A stretch of 64,000 nucleotides of DNA from Eledone cirrhosa (Eukaryota): contig OZ024755.1 of NCBI GenBank assembly GCA_964016885.1, positions 10,912,001 to 10,976,000 on the forward strand, given 5' to 3'. Of the stretch, positions 55,973-64,000 are shown one piece after another. Below the pieces are notes generated by a model that saw only the letters and a list, made by a program, of their open reading frames with translations, made no database searches and was not told the origin of the DNA. Within the stretch, counting starts at the first letter, position 1. Every line of letters begins with the position of its first letter. Position numbers and translations under genes: made by a program.

Positions 55973-56333
55973 ATATTAAATAAATTAATTTTCAGTAGTA
56001 CCACCTCACATTAATTCCTCAATTTAAGAATGACCTGTAGTATCGAATTTCTTACTATAAACCTTATTTGAATATATATCTGACCAGGAATGCTTTTTGT
56101 GAAAAATCAGTCATATGGAACTATTGTCATCTTGCCTGACGGTTTGAACTTTACAACACCACCTGCCTCTTTGAGGTCAAATACCAACCCTACTAGCATC
56201 TACAAACTGACCAATGAGAATTAAGATTATTCCTGCTGACAACATTAAATTATCCCAAACAATCTCATATGTCCCAAGTCTCTGATACTATCAACACTAT
56301 AAACACAGAGCTGGCATATCTAAGAACTGACTA

Positions 56334-56389
56334 ACTGCCTGATGAGGTCATAGCCATTCAATGGCTATCATCGAAATATATATACCAGT
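56334..56389 (+). ncRNA. Minimal type I hammerhead ribozyme, near intact
   Basis: ACTGc-CTGATGA-GGTcATAGCCA ttcaa TGGCTATcATC-GAAA-TATATA-TA-cCAGT; canonical core, 10 of 11 pairs in stem II, one C.C mismatch at the base of stem I. Confidence 0.78.
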
Positions 56390-57085
56390 AAATAAAGGAT
56401 TATGAGTTCATGCAATTGACTTATGTTTCGTCACTATATATATATATGTGTGTATATATATATACACACATATATATATATATACATTCATACATACATA
56501 TATATATATACTAATCTTTATCATTTGTTATGTTGATAGATAAACAATGACTCCACTAAGTTGGAACACACACATGTGTAAAAGTGTAAAAATATATATA
56601 TATATATTGGGGAATTTTACCCGCCCTAGACATATATATAAATATATATACTTTCAGTATAAAGATGGTCACGAAAGGTTTGCTGCCATAGTTCTCGTTA
56701 CTGATCATGGTTTATTAATATTATATGTTATTTCTTGTTCTTTCATTTTCTCGTTTATATTATTTATATATTCAATTTATATAATTCTTCCTTACACAAT
56801 TCTAACCAACAACAAAATATTAGAAGCCTAAACTAGCTAAAACCACGCCAAACAAAATATAATTACCCAGTTAGATAAAATCAAAAGAGATCTTAGTCCA
56901 TACAGTATCAGAGACATGATACAATGTATATAATTTTTCCTTATACAAACCTACCTAATAAAGATATACAACAAACTTAAACTAGCCAATCAATGCACAA
57001 ATAAAATTATCCTGTTCTATAAAACTATACCGTTACTAAGCGGGTGAACTTCATCAGGCCTCAGTTTCCCTCATTATATGTGTAT

Positions 57086-57272
57086 GGGGCGGTGGATTGG
57101 CAGTATCGGTAGAGGGTCGGACGCCATGCTTTCCAGCATAGTTACGTCCCTTTGCGGTCTGAGTTCAAATCCCGCCGAGGTTAACTTTGCCTTTCATCCT
57201 TACGGGGTCGATAAAATAAAGTACCTATAATGTACTGAGTAACTGATGGCCTTGTGCCAAAAGTAGAAACAA
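57086..57272 (+). mobile_element. SINE family A, full length
   Basis: GGGGCGGTGGATTGGCAGTATCGG...GAGTTCAAATCCCGCCGAGG...GTAGAAAC. Confidence 0.92.
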
Positions 57273-57462
57273 AATTTATTATATATATATATACTCATAT
57301 ATATATATGTATATATATATATGTGTGTGTGTGTGTGTGCGTGCGTGTGTATTTTATATATATTATATAAATGGACGGGGGTCGATTTAATCGACTTCCC
57401 CCTCCCTCCAAAATGGTTGGCTATGTACCTTAATAAAAACCAGTAGTATTAGTAGTAGCAGC

Positions 57463-57530
<68 letters not shown>

Positions 57531-57582
57531 CAGCAGCAGCAGCAGCAACAGTAGTAGTAGTAGCAACAGCAGCAGCAGTAGC

Positions 57583-57642
<60 letters not shown>

Positions 57643-58384
57643 TAATGGTGATCGTTTACATCATAAGTACCCAAACACAATTACAAAAAGAAAATGCCTG
57701 GAGACCAACGATATTTTAAGAAAACGATAAATACCAGATTGGGAGTGGGAGCGGAACACTAAAATATGTTTTTGACAGGAAGCTATATATATATGAAACT
57801 CACATATATATATAATATTTACTACTTTCCAGACAATTTCTATGAAATCTAAATGTTTTGAATTATATATTTTTATGGGTGGTTCTTTGTTTATATTAAA
57901 GTGAACAGTTAATATGGAAAGCCATATAAGTTACATTAAGTCTTATGTCTAAACGATAGTTTAGACATACATACATATATTTATGTATTGGAAATCAGAA
58001 ATCCTCACACACACACACAAACACACACACATACACATACACATAATTATAGACAAGATGGCAAAGATTTTTGCCTACAGAATCGTTTTTATACCTTATT
58101 TTCCTTGCTCTGCTATTTACGAATGATCTATTTGATGTACCCTTTCATTATTAATTCCTAACGTTTCCAGAATGCACGGGTCGGGGCCCTTGTCAACCGT
58201 GTTCCCGTAATTAATCCATGGTATGCTCAAACCCTTCTTTCTACTTCTATAATCAAAGAAGAGAAAAAATATAATTCATAAACCAGCACTATCATAAAGC
58301 TTCTAAAAGACTCATGAATCACCTTTATACATATAAATACTCGGCCGCCAGAAGCAATATATTGGTTTGCGCAATATTTATAAG

Positions 58385-58529
58385 GAAATAATCGCTGGAC
58401 AGATTTTACGGGGCAAACCCAACCGATAGGAAACCCAGGAGTAGACCCCGAGCAAAATGGTTGGATAACATTCATGAGCTTGGCTAGTCTCGCTTAGAGA
58501 TACAGCCGGATCAGTTGGAAACGGTTGCA
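58385..58529 (+). pseudogene. RTE-clade LINE ORF2 extreme C-terminal fragment
   Basis: EIIAGQILRGKP / RKPRSRPRAKWLDNIHELG*SRLEIQPDQLETVA matches the RTE R.RGRP..RW.D motif; overlaps the GIQPHQLEAIA segment near 20975. Confidence 0.8.
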
Positions 58530-58941
58530 TGCTCCTAACTAACTGGCTACTGAGGGCCAAGGGTGTATTTTCAGATGAGATTGACTAACAAATAGCTGAA
58601 GGACAGCTACGTGATTTTACACCTTAGCTAAGGTGACACTGACTAACAAACTGCTGACTAACTAGGATCAGGAGTGTGTTTCCACAGCTCAGCTAAAGAA
58701 TCTGGGGGCCAATGGTGTATTTTCAGACGAGACTAACAATGTATTGAGCTCTTGAAATTACTATTTATTTTATTATCATTGTTATTATTATCGTTTAAAT
58801 TGTGATATTTGTTCCGAAATTCAAAATGATGATGATGTTGATGTTCATTAATGATTGATGAATGAATGTTGATGAATTGCCAAGTAAAATAAGCAAAGGG
58901 GAAATAGGATCTAAATACAGTATTATTATTATTATTATTAT

Positions 58942-58995
<54 letters not shown>

Positions 58996-59329
58996 CAATG
59001 ATGTTAAGTAGGGGGGGTTGAATTAGAATAGTGAAAGAGATATTGAGAAAAACAATAGGTTAAATAGAATAAACAAATAAAAATACAGAAAAAATACAGA
59101 AAAAAATAAGTTTCCATTGGTTCGTAACTCATGATAGATGGGTGCAGTATCTCAAGTCTGCCTGCACAGAGCAGGATCAAATACCTCAAATTCTCATGAC
59201 GGACTCTTTAATAGTTCCACCAATCCGCCATCTTTCGAGTCGTGCTATATTAATGAAGCTCGAAACGATGAAAATCAATGTATCTCTAGCAGTCGACTGA
59301 TAAGATGGGACTACTGTCTGTATTCGTTC

Positions 59330-59376
<47 letters not shown>

Positions 59377-59380
<4 letters not shown>

Positions 59381-59448
59381 TAGTTACAACAAATTATGCT
59401 TAAATCGGACTGAGTACTCTTACCCTTGGATATTTCTACCAAAATTAT

Positions 59449-59456
<8 letters not shown>
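59377..59456 (+). mobile_element. TA-embedded tail fragment related to the minus strand of 25632-25680
   Basis: GGACTGAGTRCTCT..ACC....GATATT...CCA...TACTAC followed by (TA)n in both. Confidence 0.55.
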
Positions 59457-59498
<42 letters not shown>

Positions 59499-59632
59499 GG
59501 GGGGGGGAGTAACGGGTGGAGAGAAATAAACATAAGGTACTCCATAACACAGGCAGAAAAAACTTAAATTATTTACTAAATCAAGATTTAGTTGGTTTAC
59601 TTCTTTTCAATAATAATAATAATAATAATAAC

Positions 59633-59684
<52 letters not shown>

Positions 59685-60879
59685 TCGGAAATTTTCTCAA
59701 CAACTCATTAATTACAATGAATCACGTGACTGTAGCCAAAAATATAAGCCTCATTGATTTCTTCTATTTCCAATCACATTTCTTTCTCAAGGAGCTGCAG
59801 GTGCTTCCCTTTCTGACATTGTTAACCCCTTCATCAAAAACACCACCGCCGTCATCATCATCATAACGATGACGAACAACATCACCACCAGCTTTATTAC
59901 ACCACTACAAAGACCACTACAAACGCCAGCAACAACACCACTACAAACACCACTACAAACACCAGCACCAACACCAACACCAACACTACTACAAACACCA
60001 GCAACAAACCACTACAAACGCCATTACCAATACTAACCCCACGTATTCGCGTGTTTATTCCCACAAGTAACTCGGCCCATTTATTTCTATGTCGAATTTC
60101 TTCGACTAATTTATAGTCACACCTGTATCCTAGTAATTAACAAAAAAAGCTAACACTTTTAAAAGCTCAACGCTTCATAAGAAGAGGAAAAAAATATTTG
60201 GGGTCTTAGCTCTGAATAATGTCGTTTGTTGTGTTTGTATCCGTACATGATAATGATGGCATTATCATATGAAATATTTCGCTGCAAGAGGTATGACAGT
60301 GACAAAAGACTCTTGAAATGGTATATAAATGTGGAATGTACTTTTATAAATTCTATTCATAAGGTCAAACATATATGGTGCACATATTTGATTTATTGTC
60401 TAAGTAATGCTCCGTTCACCTCCATAAACGACAAAAGTAAACACATACACACATACAAATACTTACACACATGCCTAAATGTATGCATACATATATGCAT
60501 ATATACATATATATTTATATACATATATACATATGCATGCATGTGTGTATATACATTATTTGTGTATATAGGTATATCACACACATACATACACACACAC
60601 ATATACATGTGTGTGTGTGTATATATATATATATACATATACTCGTATATATTAGGGCGATATATGCAATCATATACTACATGTTTATATACAATAAACA
60701 TCTGAGAGCCTCGCTTTCAAAGAAAAAATGCATTTTTAGCTCTGAAAAAAATGTCACAAATGAAGAATGCCGGCTGTTTCCAGATTCATTAATCCCTTAT
60801 CAGTGACATTCAGTTAAGCGAATGAGGTATGGGATCATGTGGATCGACTGTTATATTATATTATATTATATTATATATA

Positions 60880-60977
60880 AGGTTGACTTTGCCTTTCATC
60901 CTTACGGGATCGATAAAATAAAGTACCAGTAATGCACTGGGTAATTGTTGGCCTTGTGCCTAAAGTAGAAACAATTA
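60880..60977 (+). mobile_element. SINE family A, 3' half
   Basis: GGTTGACTTTGCCTTTCATCCTTACGGGATCGATAAAATAAAGTACCAG...GTAGAAACAATTAT. Confidence 0.88.
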
Positions 60978-60980
60978 TAT

Positions 60981-61050
<70 letters not shown>

Positions 61051-61244
61051 ATTATAACGCCCGGTTACTCTAGGCTCACCAAAGTGAGCACACGATGCTG
61101 CTATTACCACAACAGGGGTCTGATGTGCTTTTAATTCCAGAGTCGCGCTAGATCGATACAGATCGAACCTTGAACTGATCAATAGCTAAACGTGCATCAC
61201 TATTCAACAATAAACGTAATGAGGACATAACAAATCATCCTTTT

Positions 61245-61284
<40 letters not shown>

Positions 61285-62426
61285 ACCAAGTGACAAATTA
61301 TTTTGATAGAATAAAAGCAAATCACTTTTTGTCGTCCGAAACATGACTAAAATGACAGATATTTTTTGTTTTCCAGAAAGTAAAATATCGCTCATCTTTA
61401 AATTATTCATGAATCTCATATTCAACAATGAGTGTAATTTTTTTTATTTTTAATGAAAAAAATTAGCTTCGCACCTTCATCAGAAACAAGGGAATTGGTA
61501 ATTAACAGTATTTAACTGTGCCAGACACTAGGTGGCGTCGTAAACATTAAAAAGTAAAAGAAAAACAAAATCAATATACTAAAATATCAAAAATATATAT
61601 ATTTAAAAAAAAATAACTGTTTAAATTCGTAACGGGAAACTTGTTTTCACACCGTTGTGTTAGGAGGAAGAGGATGAGGACAGGAGAAGGAAGAGGTGGG
61701 AGATGACTAGGAGGAGGAGGGAGAAGAGGTGGGAGATGACGAGGAGGAGGAGGAGTCATGATGGTGGTGGTTGTGTGGTGGGGCGTGATGGCTATTGTGG
61801 TGATAGCAGTGATGATGGTGGCAGTGGATTTGATGATGGTTGTGGTGTTGGTTGAAAGTGAGGAAGTCGTGGTGGTGGTGGTGGTGGTGGTTGTGATGGT
61901 GATCGCCGTAGTAGTGGTTATTGTTGTTGTGGTGGTCGTCGTTATAGTGGTGATAGTGGTTTGTTGTGGTCGTAGTGGTTGTTGTTGTGGTAGTGGTGGT
62001 GGTGGTTGCCATAGTGGTGATGATGGTTTGTTGTGGTAGTAGTGGTTGTTGTTGTGGTAGTGGTGGTAGTGGTTGCCATAGTGGTGATGGTGGTTTGTTG
62101 TGGTAGTAGTGGTTGGTGGTGATGGTGGCTGAGCGTGACTGGTATTTGTGGTGGTGATTTTTGTTTTCGTGGTTGTGGTGGTGATAGTGATTGGTGATGG
62201 TTGGGTGAGGTATTGGTGATGATGGTGGTGTTGATGATGGTGATGATGGTGGTGTTGATGATGGCAATGATGGCGGTGGAAAAACGTGGAGGAGATTTGG
62301 CCGTGCCTACACAAAAGCATCTTAGACCCTCTCTCTTCCTCCACCTTCTTGGCTCAGACACAGATTCTACTAATCCTGACTACCTACCAGAGAATAAACA
62401 GCAGTTTAATTCCCGCTAGCTGCAGT

Positions 62427-62703
62427 CAGAGCTGGATTTAGCCTTGGGGTGGGTGCCAAACACAAAAGAAAAGTAGAATACACAGCAATCTCCCCAATTT
62501 TAAATATCAAAGTTAGCTTGGAGCAAGTAATTGGAATTGAGAAGTTATACATATGGATATTAAAATGAAAAATTCTAACCATTCTAAAATATAAAGCGCA
62601 GCTGAGGGAACAAATAACTTACTATAACCTTCGCTGGTAGCGCCTCCTACCGCAGCGGACCTGGGGCAATTGCCTTCTTTGCCTCCCATTAAATCTGGCC
62701 CTA
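62427..62703. mobile_element. hAT-type non-autonomous DNA transposon (MITE)
   Basis: Imperfect 14-bp TIRs CAGAGCTGGATTTA / TAAATCTGGCCCTA and an 8-bp TSD GCTGCAGT / GTTGCAGT; 8-bp TSDs are typical of hAT. Confidence 0.75.
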
Positions 62704-62741
62704 GTTGCAGTGGTCTTTTGGGTTTGTTAATGATCACTATG

Positions 62742-62772
<31 letters not shown>

Positions 62773-62821
62773 ATGCATGTATGTATATATATGGGTGTTA
62801 TACACACACACACACATATAC

Positions 62822-62893
<72 letters not shown>

Positions 62894-63171
62894 AAACATA
62901 AATTATCGAGATTCGCATTTCGGCCCACGAAATAACGAAAAACAACCTCCGAGATGTGAGGCAAGTGCTCAATGGTTCAGATGAACCAGAGCTATAACAA
63001 ACGTTAAACGCCAAACGCACTGAGACGATGGTTAAACAATCATTCGCATAGCCAAAAAAAACGATCAAGTAATTCGGGTATTGACAAAGGCTAAAGGGTC
63101 ATCTCTCCCGGTGATGTTTTGTACTGGGATACATGTTACCAGTAGCACCAACTGGTGACCTGACATGTATA

Positions 63172-63230
<59 letters not shown>

Positions 63231-64000
63231 CAACGTTTGATGTGACAAGTAGTAGTTGAAGACTAATTAACCAGTTAAAGATGTTAAATCTAACAACAGT
63301 AAATTTATGTAGACGACACCTTTAAGTGTAGCACTTCTTGTTACCGTTGCTGCTGTGGTTGTTGCTGTTGTTGTGGTTGCTGCTGCTGCTGCTGCGGACA
63401 TGAGTATCTATATTGCGCTTGTTGTTGATTTTTATTTTGTGTTATTATAGATATTGTTGTTGTTGTTTGGTGTTCATTCTGTCGCTCTTACTGTTGTTTC
63501 TGGTGGTGTTGTTGTCGTTGTGGTGGTGGTGGTGGTGGTGGTGTTATTTGTGTGTAAGGGGGGAGGTTAGATGGTGGTGCCGGTGGTGGCGGTGGCGGTG
63601 GTTGTGTTAGTGGTGGTGGTGATGATGGTGGTGGTGGTGGTGGTGGTGGCGGTGGCATTGGTGGTGGCGGCAGTGGTGGTAGTGGTGGTGGTGGTGGCGG
63701 CAATAGTGGTGGTGGTGCTGCTGGTGGTGGTGGTGGTGGTGGTGGTGGTGATAGCGGCAGTGGTGGTGGTGGTGGTGGTGGTGGTGGTGGCGGCAGTGGT
63801 GGTGGTGGTTCTGGTGCTGGTGGTGGCGGTGGTGGTGTTAGTGGTGGTGGTGGTGATGGTGCTCTCGGTTTTATTTAGGTTGGCGTTGGTGGTGATATTG
63901 TTGCTATAATTGTTGTTGTTCTAGTTGGTGTTGTTGCTACTATTGTTGTTGTTGTTGTTGTTGTTACTGATATTATTCTTGTTGGTGATTATATTTTATT

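Noticed and set aside
61465-61490. CTGATGA on minus
   Set aside because: No GAAA or stems downstream

Overview
AT-rich, microsatellite-saturated animal genomic DNA. The SINE families and repeat landscape suggest an octopus (inference). No host protein-coding exon could be supported, and nearly all listed ORFs are translations of simple repeats. Supported content: one 5'-truncated Penelope-like retroelement (RT thumb plus GIY-YIG endonuclease, 23.7-25.6 kb, minus strand), two RTE-clade LINE fragments, a hAT-type MITE with an 8-bp TSD, many tRNA-derived SINEs of about three families, and several minisatellites. The main signal is a set of short inserts inside (TA)n tracts. They carry complete or partial minimal hammerhead ribozymes, are repeatedly built from two pieces joined head-to-head at the hammerhead core with both 3' ends in (TA)n, and share a YTGAGTRC motif. 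Fold-back mirror duplications across (TA)n tracts occur at the same and other loci. All alignments and folds were done by eye; SINE boundaries are approximate.
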